55,595 bases of DNA from an uncultured Pseudomonadota bacterium (GTDB lineage: Bacteria; Pseudomonadota; Alphaproteobacteria; Rs-D84; CASDRH01). Of the stretch, positions 38,527 to 47,695 are shown one piece after another; positions within the stretch are counted from its first letter, which is position 1; each line of letters opens with the position of its first letter. Made by a program: the position numbers and the translations under genes. The notes beneath the pieces were generated by a model that was not told the DNA's origin, searched no databases, and saw only the letters and a program-made list of their open reading frames with translations. The stretch is taken from contig CASDRH010000029.1 in assembly GCA_949283075.1 (NCBI GenBank), positions 1 to 55,595 of the forward strand. Reading direction: 5' to 3'.

Positions 38527-39043
38527 AAATATACCCCTATAAATATTTATATTCCGTATGTTATTAGGTATTTTTTCTTTTTTCAAGTATTTATAATAAA
38601 AAACATTAGAAATTATATCTCTATAATATCTAATGTTTTTCTTGTGATAATGCATTAATATCAGTCTCTTAATCCTGATATAATTATTACAAATATCAAT
38701 AAAACGAGAATCCACAAACAAATCATATATGCCTTAGCAATGAAATGTATAACTGATAACACTTGCATAAATATAATAACTCCTTAAATTTTAATTTTTT
38801 ATTAATCTTATCCCTTATATACTTTTTATCAAGTAATTATTTTATTTTTAGACTAAAATTATTATTTTTGTCTTTTTTTATAAAATTTTACATATTTTAT
38901 TATGTATTGCTCGCTTATTATCTTATTTTTTGATTTTTTTTAATTATTTTTTAAAAACTTCTGTATATGTGAGGATTTTTGTGATATAATTAAAATCATT
39001 GGAGAAAAACTGATTTTTTAAAGATTTCGATTTGGGGGAGATA

Positions 39044-41035
39044 ATGGGAATCGGATTTAATACCGTTGGTAATTTTTCAAAAATTTCAACAGGTTTCGGA
39101 GATAAAAATCCTGGAAATGCAGTAAATATTACTATTATGGGCGTTGGCGGTGCCGGCGGAAATATCATAAAATTTTTAATGGATAAAAGAATCAGTGGCG
39201 TGAATTTTATTTATGCTAATACTGATTTGCAGGCTTTAAGTGCGAATCCTTCTTCTAATATTATTCAGTTGGGTAAAAAGACTACTGGCGGGTTTGGTGC
39301 CGGTTCTGACCCAAATGTTGGTGAAAAATCTGCTATGGAAGCAACTGAGGAAATTAAAGCTTCTTTAAATGGTACAAATATGCTTATCTTAATTGCTGGT
39401 CTTGGTGGAGGTACTGGAACTGGAGCAAGTCCTGTAATTGCTAAAATTGCAAAAGAAATGGGTATTTTAGTATTATCTTTTGCAGTATTGCCTTTTGATT
39501 TTGAAGGAGACAGAAAAAATGTTGCTGAAAACTGGTTGCAAAACTTATTAGTTTCAAGCGATTCATTAATCAGTTTATCAAATCAAAAATTGTTGAATTT
39601 AGATGATTCAAATTTACGTTTTGATTTGTCTTTGGAAGTTGTCCACGACATAGTTTATCAAGGTGTTAATAGTATTGTTAGTTTGTTAAATCAAAATGAA
39701 CTTATTAATAGAGACTTTTCCGATATCGTCCAAGTTATGAAAGATAAAGGTTTAAGTTTAATAAGCTCTGGTCGTGCAAGTAATAATCAAAATGCTTCTC
39801 GTGCTGTATTGGCAACTGAACAAGCTTTGAATAATCCTTTGTTATCTGATGTTTCTATACACGGAGCAAAGGGTATGATTGTTACTATCTGTGCTAAACA
39901 AGAATCTTTAAAGACTATCGAAGTTAGCGAGGTTATGAACCGTATCACAAAAGAAATGAATTCGCATAATACAAAGGCGAATATTTTATTAGGTGTTTCT
40001 TTTAGCGATGATTATTCTGATGATTTAATTGTTTCTATTATTGCTACTGGTTTAGTGGGTAGAAAAAATGTTAATGCAGATAATGAAACTTTTAATAAAT
40101 TTGATTATTTAAATTCTAATCAAGTTGTTTCTGGATTTGGCCAATCTATAAGTTTGAATGATGAATCTGATGCTTTCTTTAATGATATGGCTAAAAATCA
40201 AGATGTTGTAGAAAGCAATGTTGCTGTTGATAAAAGTTCTTTAAATGACGATAGTAAATTTGATGATTTAAATGATGATATTAAAACAGATAATGATGAG
40301 ATTAATTCAAAAGATGATGATATCGTTGAAATAAAATCTGATAAAAAAGATTTTGATTTTTCTGGATTGAATGATTTCTTATCTGGTGATGCTTTTGGAC
40401 AAGCTAAAAATAATATAGATGACAATTCAAAATCAAAAATAGAATTTGATTCATTTGATTCTGATTTTGGTTTTAGTGATATGAATGATAATATTGATAA
40501 TTCAGATTTCGGTTTGGAAGATGAATATTCTATGGCTGAAAATAAAAAAGGATTTTTTCAATCTTTCTTCGGTCGTAATGATAAATTAAAAAAAGATAAT
40601 AAAGAAAATATTGTTAAAAATTATTTATCAGATAATCAAAAACAAAATAATGATAGTAAGTTAGATGGCAATTTTTCAAATGTTAAAAGCTATTCTGATT
40701 TAGATTTCTTAAACGAATTAAAAGATATAAATGGTTTTGAAAATTCAGATGCTAATAATAAATCTGATGAAAATAAAGATGAAATCAAAATTTCATTTTT
40801 AAATTCTTCTATCGGTGAAGATGATGAATTCTTTTCTGATATAAATTTTGATTCTGATTTTAGTGATGCTGAAAAAGAAATTATCAAAAATGATGTAGGT
40901 AATAATACAAATAATGTTGATGATAATGTTACTTATATTTCTGAAATGGATAATAATAAAAAAGAAGCTCCGAAATATTATACTAAACAAGTTGATATAT
41001 TTGAATTGATTGAAAGTATTACTGGAACAAAATAA
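39044..41035 (+). CDS. ftsZ: Cell division protein FtsZ with a ~320-aa acidic N/D/S-rich C-terminal linker
   Basis: GVGGAGGN, GGFGAGSDPNVG, AGLGGGTGTGASPVIAKIAKE and NRDFSDIVQVM (T7 loop). The ATG at 39044 is preceded by GGGGGAG. Confidence 0.9.
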   Translation: MGIGFNTVGNFSKISTGFGDKNPGNAVNITIMGVGGAGGNIIKFLMDKRISGVNFIYANTDLQALSANPSSNIIQLGKKTTGGFGAGSDPNVGEKSAMEATEEIKASLNGTNMLILIAGLGGGTGTGASPVIAKIAKEMGILVLSFAVLPFDFEGDRKNVAENWLQNLLVSSDSLISLSNQKLLNLDDSNLRFDLSLEVVHDIVYQGVNSIVSLLNQNELINRDFSDIVQVMKDKGLSLISSGRASNNQNASRAVLATEQALNNPLLSDVSIHGAKGMIVTICAKQESLKTIEVSEVMNRITKEMNSHNTKANILLGVSFSDDYSDDLIVSIIATGLVGRKNVNADNETFNKFDYLNSNQVVSGFGQSISLNDESDAFFNDMAKNQDVVESNVAVDKSSLNDDSKFDDLNDDIKTDNDEINSKDDDIVEIKSDKKDFDFSGLNDFLSGDAFGQAKNNIDDNSKSKIEFDSFDSDFGFSDMNDNIDNSDFGLEDEYSMAENKKGFFQSFFGRNDKLKKDNKENIVKNYLSDNQKQNNDSKLDGNFSNVKSYSDLDFLNELKDINGFENSDANNKSDENKDEIKISFLNSSIGEDDEFFSDINFDSDFSDAEKEIIKNDVGNNTNNVDDNVTYISEMDNNKKEAPKYYTKQVDIFELIESITGTK

Positions 41036-41063
41036 TCGTATCAAGAAATAAAAATAAATAAAG

Positions 41064-41093
41064 CGTTTTTGAGTTATCAAAGACGTTTTTTTT
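41064..41093 (+). terminator. Intrinsic terminator after ftsZ
   Basis: CGTTTTTG (41064-41071) pairs with CAAAGACG (41078-41085), followed by T8. Confidence 0.6.
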
Positions 41094-41157
41094 ATTTTTA
41101 TGTTTATTGTTATTGGCGATTTTTAAATTACTTATATTAATCATTAAATTTTAAAGG

Positions 41158-42921
41158 ATGTTTATTATGAATATGTTTATGAATTCTAAAATTATCATTG
41201 ATGATGATTTAAAAAAATCTGTTAATAATATCAAAAAACGTTTTAAAAAAGCTTTTGAACATAGACAAAAATGGGATAATTTATGGCTTGATTGCTATCG
41301 TTATACTATGCCTAATGAAGCTGATTTGTTTTATAAATCTTCTGATAATTCTGATGTAAATAATAATTATAATTTATACGATTCAACCGCTATGGAAGCT
41401 GTTGAAAACTTATCTGCAAATATGTTATCTCAAATTACTCCTGCTTGGAGCAATTGGTTTTCTTTATCTATTGCTGATAATTCTGCTTTGGATAATATGC
41501 CTTTGAATGAAAAAACTGATATAGAATTACAGATTTTAAATAATGAAAAAATTATTCAAAGCCATTTTAATAAATCAAACTTCTATATCGAATTACATCA
41601 ATGCTATATCGACTTGATTACTGTCGGAACTGCTTGCCTATTGTTTGAAGAAAATAAAATTGGCGAAGAATCTGCTTTTAAATTTACAAGTATTCCTATG
41701 TCAGAAATTGCTTTGGAAGAAAACTTTAATGGTAAATTAGATACTATTTTTCGTAGGTCTGCTATTTCTGTTAAAAATTTGATTGATAAATTTACTGATA
41801 TATCTTTATCTGATGAATTGAAAAAATTTGTTGATAATAATCCTAATCATAAAGTTAATATCATTGAATGTGTTTATCCAAATGATAATGAATTTGGAAC
41901 AAATGGTTATAAATATATATCTTTTGTTGATGATGAATTTAATACTTTTTCAAAAGATGATAATCCTATCGTTTTAAAGCAAGGTTTGTTTCCTGTTAAC
42001 CCTTTCATTTGCTTTCGTTGGTTGAAAACTCCTGGGGAAATTTATGGACGCTCCCCTGTTATGAAAGCTTTACCAGATATAAAAACTGCAAATAAAGTTG
42101 TTGAATTGATTTTGAAAAATGCAAGTATTGCTGTTTCCGGTATTTGGCAAGCAGAAGATGATGGTGTCATTAATTTAGATAATATTAAGCTTTCTCCTGG
42201 AACTATTATTCCAAAAGCTGTTGGTTCGGCTGGTTTAAGTCCTTTGCAAACATCTTGTGATTTTGATGTTTCTCAACTGGTCTTAAATGATTTGCGTAAT
42301 AATATCAAAAAATGTTTGCTAGCTGATAATATTTTAGCTATGCAAAATAACAATAAAATGACTGCAACAGAAATAAATGAACGTGTCTTTGAAATGGATA
42401 AAGTGTTAGGAGCTACTTTTGGTCGTTTGCAATTCGAGCTTTTAAATCCAATAATTAAAAGAGCTGTCCAGATTTTAAAAAGACGTGGTGAAATAGATGA
42501 TATAGCTATTGATGGATTTAATGTTTCTGTTTCTTACTCTTCCCCAATTGCAAAAGCTGAAAAAAAGCGTGAGGCTGCAAATATTATTGCTTGGATTCAA
42601 AGTATATCTAATTTAGGTAATGATGCTATCGATTATGTTGATAAAAAAGCTGTCGTTAAATTATTAAATGATTTGTTAGGCATTCCAGATAACTTAATTG
42701 TTAAAGATAATGATGTTATATCTAATGATGTATCCGATGATATTAATAAATGTTTAGATGATATTTTAAATCAAAATAATAATGAAATTAATGAACAGTT
42801 AGAAAACAATTTAAGCAATGAAATTGTGAATAATGATATTTCTGAAAATAATTCAAATAATGATGAACAGATTAACAATAAAAATGATGAGGTTAAAAAT
42901 GATGAACAAAATGTCGAATAG
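41158..42921 (+). CDS. Phage portal / head-to-tail connector protein (T7 gp8-like)
   Basis: 587 aa (alternative starts at 41167, 41173 and 41179). WDNLWLDCYRYTMP, YGRSPVMKALPDIKTANKV and MTATEINERVFEMDKVLGATFGRLQFELLNPIIKR parallel gp8 segments, recalled from memory. The C-terminal N/D/E-rich tail is host-like low complexity. Confidence 0.8.
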   Translation: MFIMNMFMNSKIIIDDDLKKSVNNIKKRFKKAFEHRQKWDNLWLDCYRYTMPNEADLFYKSSDNSDVNNNYNLYDSTAMEAVENLSANMLSQITPAWSNWFSLSIADNSALDNMPLNEKTDIELQILNNEKIIQSHFNKSNFYIELHQCYIDLITVGTACLLFEENKIGEESAFKFTSIPMSEIALEENFNGKLDTIFRRSAISVKNLIDKFTDISLSDELKKFVDNNPNHKVNIIECVYPNDNEFGTNGYKYISFVDDEFNTFSKDDNPIVLKQGLFPVNPFICFRWLKTPGEIYGRSPVMKALPDIKTANKVVELILKNASIAVSGIWQAEDDGVINLDNIKLSPGTIIPKAVGSAGLSPLQTSCDFDVSQLVLNDLRNNIKKCLLADNILAMQNNNKMTATEINERVFEMDKVLGATFGRLQFELLNPIIKRAVQILKRRGEIDDIAIDGFNVSVSYSSPIAKAEKKREAANIIAWIQSISNLGNDAIDYVDKKAVVKLLNDLLGIPDNLIVKDNDVISNDVSDDINKCLDDILNQNNNEINEQLENNLSNEIVNNDISENNSNNDEQINNKNDEVKNDEQNVE

Positions 42922-43132
42922 AGAAATGGAATTGTTTGAAAAAGCTTTTGCTAGATGTTTTGCGAAAGCTGATGGGCAAATAGTTTTGGATTATTTGCAT
43001 AGTATTACTTATGATAAGCCTGTTTCAATTTATGCTAGCGATGCAGAGTTAAGACATAATGAAGGTCAAAAACATATTGTTTTTATTATAAATAGCTTGA
43101 TTAAAAAAGGTTCTGATAGAAACAGATTATAA
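42911..43132 (+). CDS. Small phage-associated protein (hypothetical)
   Basis: 73 aa, MSNREMELFEKAFARCF...LRHNEGQKHIVFIINSL. It overlaps the portal stop by 11 nt. The family was not identified with confidence. Confidence 0.4.
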   Translation: MSNREMELFEKAFARCFAKADGQIVLDYLHSITYDKPVSIYASDAELRHNEGQKHIVFIINSLIKKGSDRNRL

Positions 43133-43137
43133 CAGCT

Positions 43138-43983
43138 TTATGCAAATTTTAATTTTGCATCTTCTATACCAATTGCTGTCATAACACTGTTTAATTCATT
43201 CTTCGCAGCAACGTGTGATAATGATATTCCACTTGATAATTTTTTATTATTTGTAATGTCTGATATCGTTAATCCTTTTAAAAACATTTCTCGGTATATC
43301 ACACGTTCGCCTATTCCTGATAAATATTCAAATCCCATCTTTTCTGATAAGTATTTTAACATTTTATCTACTTCCCTTTTGTTGTTTGCATCAACGTGAG
43401 ATACTCGGTTCCTTAATACTATCCAGCGGAAGTTTTTTGCAATTATCTGGTCAAGATTGTTTTCTCCTGATACTAAACCTTTTAATTTTTCTACGTTCTG
43501 TGCGTAATGTGATTTCGAAAAGAAATTATTTGGAACGTCAAACTTTGCTAATACGTCTAGGTCAAGTAAGCTATCATTTACAGGGGTTATTAAAATATCT
43601 GCGTTCTTATGTCCTGCGTTCGATAAATGGTTATATGTTCCAGGTGTATCAATTATTATTATATCGTAGTTTTGTTTTAAATTGTTTATTTCTGCATCTA
43701 AATCATCTGCGTCTTCTTGTGCACCTTGTTCATCTGCAAATAGCTGAGGTGTCACAACTAAATGTTCTGGTATAGGCAATACTGTTTGGTTTGATTTACA
43801 GAAATTTATCCTGTTTTCAATATAATGTGTTAAGGTTCCTTGGCGTCCATCTAAATCAATTGTTGCAACTTTATATCCAGCATACATATATCCTATTGCT
43901 AGATGTATTGATAAGGTCGACTTTCCAGAGCCTCCCTTTTCATTTCCTACAACTATGACTTTTGGTAGATTCTTATTTAGCAT
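43138..43983 (-). CDS. mipZ: Division-plane positioning ATPase MipZ (ParA-like)
   Basis: 281 aa. VIVVGNEKGGSGKST, IDLDGRQGT, IIIDTPG, WIVLRNR and ERVIYREMF match Caulobacter MipZ along its whole length. Confidence 0.85.
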   Translation of the reverse strand: MLNKNLPKVIVVGNEKGGSGKSTLSIHLAIGYMYAGYKVATIDLDGRQGTLTHYIENRINFCKSNQTVLPIPEHLVVTPQLFADEQGAQEDADDLDAEINNLKQNYDIIIIDTPGTYNHLSNAGHKNADILITPVNDSLLDLDVLAKFDVPNNFFSKSHYAQNVEKLKGLVSGENNLDQIIAKNFRWIVLRNRVSHVDANNKREVDKMLKYLSEKMGFEYLSGIGERVIYREMFLKGLTISDITNNKKLSSGISLSHVAAKNELNSVMTAIGIEDAKLKFA

Positions 43984-44060
43984 TAAATTATTTTTTGCCC
44001 TTCCCTTCTTTTAGATTTTATCACTTTTTTTGAGTGTTTGCAAGGTTCGAGCGTTATATA

Positions 44061-45236
44061 TTATTTATTAAATATGCTTTTTTTTGGTTCTAATTCTTCT
44101 TTTGATAATTTTGCTGTTTCAAAATTATACAGAGCGTTTGATGTTATTATTCTTGATACTAAATCAATATATTCTTTCGTTGTTGAATAGTATTTTAATG
44201 TTTCTACTAATGATATTCCGTCGTATACTTGCCCTTTGTTTCTGAAAATTAATCTCATATTTCTATAACCTGAATAGTATTTTGTTGAATTTAAGACTAA
44301 TGCATAACTGCGGACTGAATCCAATAGTGTTGGAAATGTTTTTACTCTGTGGTTTAAGTTTTTTTCTCTGCTACGTGGCAACATTCCATCATAACTCCAA
44401 GTCCATTGTGCAAATAATGCGTTTCCGTCTAGCAAAAAATGTGATGTGCCCCAACCGGTTTCTTGTGCTGATTGAGCGATTGCTAATGCAACTGATATTT
44501 TATCAACTTTCTTTATTAATGATGGTAAATCATTTACGTCGGTTTTGTATTTTTCTGCTAGCTTATATAAAAAGTCTAGTTGTTGTTTCGTTAATATTAT
44601 CTCGTTTCTTATCTTATAAGCTATTGTTAATAGCTGTTTTCTTTCTTCCTCTATTTCTTCGTTTACTTTCAATATCAATGGTAATAAAAATTTTATAAAT
44701 GCGTCTTTGCGATGGTGTCTGTTTTCTATAAATTCAAAATCTTTCGGTAGCGTTTCTGTAAAAACTCTTGGAACAGGAGCGTTATTATATCTTATCGCAT
44801 CTAAACGATAATTTATTGATGTGAAATATTGTTGTAATTCTTTCGTTGTTTTAAAATGCTTTGTTTCATCAAATGATACGAATAAAAATGATGATATAAA
44901 TATTATAGTAAAAATTATTATACCTATCCAAAATGCTTTGTTTTTCTTTTTTTGTATGTCTATTTGAATTGAGGCAAATTTTTTATATAACCTGATTATA
45001 AATGACAATTTCCCAATACTTTTTATAAATATGTGTTTGATATGTATTAATTGTCTTTTCAGTTTATGGATAATCTTTAATATACCTTGCTTTATTTTAT
45101 TGTATATTTTTATTATCTTTACTGATTTAGTTTTTGTTTGCTTTTGGTTTATAAAATCAAATCCAAGTTGGTTTTGTCTTTTTACTTTGTCCAGATTTGA
45201 TTTATTTTTTAATGAATTTTTTTTATTATGATTCAT
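44061..45236 (-). CDS. Bax-like protein with a glucosaminidase (GH73-type) domain, membrane-anchored
   Basis: 391 aa with a TM helix near residue 105. Contains LAIAQSAQETGWGTSHFLLDGNALFAQW. Confidence 0.6.
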   Translation of the reverse strand: MNHNKKNSLKNKSNLDKVKRQNQLGFDFINQKQTKTKSVKIIKIYNKIKQGILKIIHKLKRQLIHIKHIFIKSIGKLSFIIRLYKKFASIQIDIQKKKNKAFWIGIIIFTIIFISSFLFVSFDETKHFKTTKELQQYFTSINYRLDAIRYNNAPVPRVFTETLPKDFEFIENRHHRKDAFIKFLLPLILKVNEEIEEERKQLLTIAYKIRNEIILTKQQLDFLYKLAEKYKTDVNDLPSLIKKVDKISVALAIAQSAQETGWGTSHFLLDGNALFAQWTWSYDGMLPRSREKNLNHRVKTFPTLLDSVRSYALVLNSTKYYSGYRNMRLIFRNKGQVYDGISLVETLKYYSTTKEYIDLVSRIITSNALYNFETAKLSKEELEPKKSIFNK

Positions 45237-45302
45237 TTCTTAAATCACTTGTATTTAAAAGCTTTGATTTTTATTTAAAATATTAAATCAAAGCATTGTT
45301 TA

Positions 45303-46505
45303 TTAGTCTTCGTCTTTTACAATAACAAATACTTTTCCAATATGATTGGTTTTGTTCCAATATTTCTTTTTTCCTGATGCAAATGTTATCGTATTATCAT
45401 ATTTTAAAGATATTACTCCGATTTCTACAAGCTTATCTATCAATGTTTGTTGAATATCTCCCATATTTAAGCAGCCTTGTGTAGGTCTGTATAACTTACC
45501 TGTGTTTTTATCTTCGTATTGTGGTGGTTCGCTTGGTTCAGCTGAATTTCCGTGTATTCTTAATAAATTTCTTCCTACAACTGCTTGGCCAAGTGCATAT
45601 TCGTTAATCCAATAATCTTTCCAATGCTTCTCATCAATTATTTGAGATAAAATTGGTGCATCAAATGGATATGGGGTTCCTCCTACTGCAACCCAGCCTG
45701 AGTCTATGTCAAGATATGGTTCTTTTCCTAACTCCAAGTTTTCTTCGTTCTTCATTACTCCTTCAACTCTGTATATTCCTTGTGGAGTGTTTGCGTTTGG
45801 ATCTATTCTGTTATTTTTCTTTAATGCTAGCGTATCTCTTGATAATCCTAAAATTGGTTGTTCGTATTCTAACCATTCTCCTTTATGCTTTATTCTTATT
45901 TTTCCTGTGGATAATCTGTCCTTTGGTAAGGTTATATATATAAATGTAAAATCATCACCTTTTCCGTAATTTAATACATCTGATGTTGATGCTTCATCTG
46001 TGCTTTGTTCTTCCATTACTTCTTCTGTTAATGGATAAAAGCAAAATCCGTATTTCTTTTCGTTTGATATTGCCGGATATACTATACAAGGGACAACTTG
46101 TCTTGCAACGTAATTTAATGGTGAATTATCAAAATATGGGTCGTCTTTTTGATACCCTCTTTTTGTTTTGTCTTCTGCAATTCTGTATGTCGCAATTTCA
46201 TCTGTGTTGAATAATACTGTGTCGCCTTTTCTGAATCTGTATGGCATAAATGTTACTGATGGGTCATCGTTTACTGCTCTGTATGTTATTCTTCCCATAT
46301 TAAATAAATTTCCAACATATTCTGTTTGTAATGGGTTTCCATAATTTACTCTTTCTATAAAACGAACTTCTCTTTGATATTGTGTTGCCCTGTATTTTTT
46401 TACCTCTGCATTAGCTGGATTTGTAGCAACTAATATACTTATAAAAATTAGTGCTTTTGTTATATATTTTTTTAATTCGTTTCTATTTAGCATATATCTT
46501 TCCAT
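45303..46505 (-). CDS. Secreted protein with a YkuD-like (L,D-transpeptidase fold) C-terminal motif
   Basis: 400 aa with a signal peptide. RIHGN...(insert)...PTQGCLNM resembles the HG...(S/T)xGCxR/N motif, but the spacing is longer than canonical. Confidence 0.4.
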   Translation of the reverse strand: MERYMLNRNELKKYITKALIFISILVATNPANAEVKKYRATQYQREVRFIERVNYGNPLQTEYVGNLFNMGRITYRAVNDDPSVTFMPYRFRKGDTVLFNTDEIATYRIAEDKTKRGYQKDDPYFDNSPLNYVARQVVPCIVYPAISNEKKYGFCFYPLTEEVMEEQSTDEASTSDVLNYGKGDDFTFIYITLPKDRLSTGKIRIKHKGEWLEYEQPILGLSRDTLALKKNNRIDPNANTPQGIYRVEGVMKNEENLELGKEPYLDIDSGWVAVGGTPYPFDAPILSQIIDEKHWKDYWINEYALGQAVVGRNLLRIHGNSAEPSEPPQYEDKNTGKLYRPTQGCLNMGDIQQTLIDKLVEIGVISLKYDNTITFASGKKKYWNKTNHIGKVFVIVKDED

Positions 46506-46572
46506 ATTTTTCTTATTTTACTTTATACCCATTTTATATGATTTTATTTTATTTTCAATCTTTTGATTTATT

Positions 46573-47550
46573 TTATTCAGAGCGAATTTCATATATCATT
46601 ACTCCAATTAATCTTTTGTTTACCTTTATTCTTTTTATGTATTCGTGTATAGTTTCTTCAAATACTCTTTTTTTGTCTTTGCTTGCGTGACGGAATATTA
46701 TATTTTTTCTTACCATAGGAATAGGATTTGATGAAAAATATTCGTGATATGTGTTGAATAAAAATCCTACGTGTGAAATATCCATATTTGTTCCAAATTT
46801 TTCCATATCTGTTTCTTCGTCTTTCATTACTATTTTTATTAAGCTTGCTGGTGGTAGCTTTGAACCTAATTCCTCCGGTGTTATTTTTAACATCTCTGAA
46901 AATGGAATGTATTCTAGTTTTATTTTTTGTTTATCTAATCCTGTTTTATAATCTGTTATGTCTATGTTATGGATTTTCTTAAACCATCCTTTATAATCAA
47001 TTATTGATGTCTTTGTTTCTGTATGCCCTATGTCCTTTGTTATATCCTTAAATAAATCTTTGTGCATCGGCAACCATTGTGTTGTGAAAAAATGATTCCT
47101 TGTAAGACAATTATTTTTTGTCATATCTTCTGGAGTGCCATTTTTATATCTGAATATTGGTATGTATTTTCTTATTTCTTTTGGTGTTGCATTCTGTAAG
47201 TCTATGTCTAGGATTTCATCATTTTTTGTTTTATTTATTATATCTTCGTTATATTTAAATTTTTCATAATTTGCAATTATATTTGCTAATACTCCTTCAA
47301 CATATGTAACACAATCAAAAGCATCTAATGTATCTGTAATTTCTTCGTGCTCTATATCGCATTTTATTGTATCTGCTATGTATGGGGATCCTATATACCC
47401 AGCGGATGTAGTAAATAAATTTATTGCTGGTAGTCTTATTTTGATACTTTTATCCTCTTTATCTTTTTTTATTAAAATAATTGTAATTATTGATATTAAT
47501 ACTGCTAAGATAATAAAGAATATTGCTTTTTTATTTTTTGCTTTTACCAT
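46573..47550 (-). CDS. Membrane-anchored protein, possibly DUF1460 / amidase-like cysteine-peptidase fold
   Basis: 325 aa with an N-terminal TM helix. The AFDCVTYVEGVLA and ISHVGF motifs were recognised only from memory. Confidence 0.3.
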   Translation of the reverse strand: MVKAKNKKAIFFIILAVLISIITIILIKKDKEDKSIKIRLPAINLFTTSAGYIGSPYIADTIKCDIEHEEITDTLDAFDCVTYVEGVLANIIANYEKFKYNEDIINKTKNDEILDIDLQNATPKEIRKYIPIFRYKNGTPEDMTKNNCLTRNHFFTTQWLPMHKDLFKDITKDIGHTETKTSIIDYKGWFKKIHNIDITDYKTGLDKQKIKLEYIPFSEMLKITPEELGSKLPPASLIKIVMKDEETDMEKFGTNMDISHVGFLFNTYHEYFSSNPIPMVRKNIIFRHASKDKKRVFEETIHEYIKRIKVNKRLIGVMIYEIRSE

Positions 47551-47695
47551 TTTTTTACTCTTATTATATATAAATCTATCGGTTATCGGATTATATATAT
47601 TTTTATTTTATATTCAATGTTTTTTGCTTGATATGATTGTAATTGGTTTGTAATATACAACAACCGGTTTAATTTTTTTAAGAAATGAGAGTTTT

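Larger units (their letters stand above)
41158..43132 (+). mobile_element. Phage-derived segment B (portal plus a small ORF), detached from segment A
   Basis: A gp8-like portal gene and an overlapping small ORF sit between ftsZ and mipZ. Confidence 0.65.

Noticed and set aside
39044-41035. The FtsZ homologue inside the phage-flanked region could be a phage tubulin (PhuZ/TubZ-like).
   Set aside because: The GTPase domain has canonical FtsZ signature motifs (GGGTGTG, T7-loop NxDFxD) rather than the divergent PhuZ/TubZ ones. The gene also neighbours mipZ, so a host division gene is the simpler reading. The question of a second copy remains a check in the findings.
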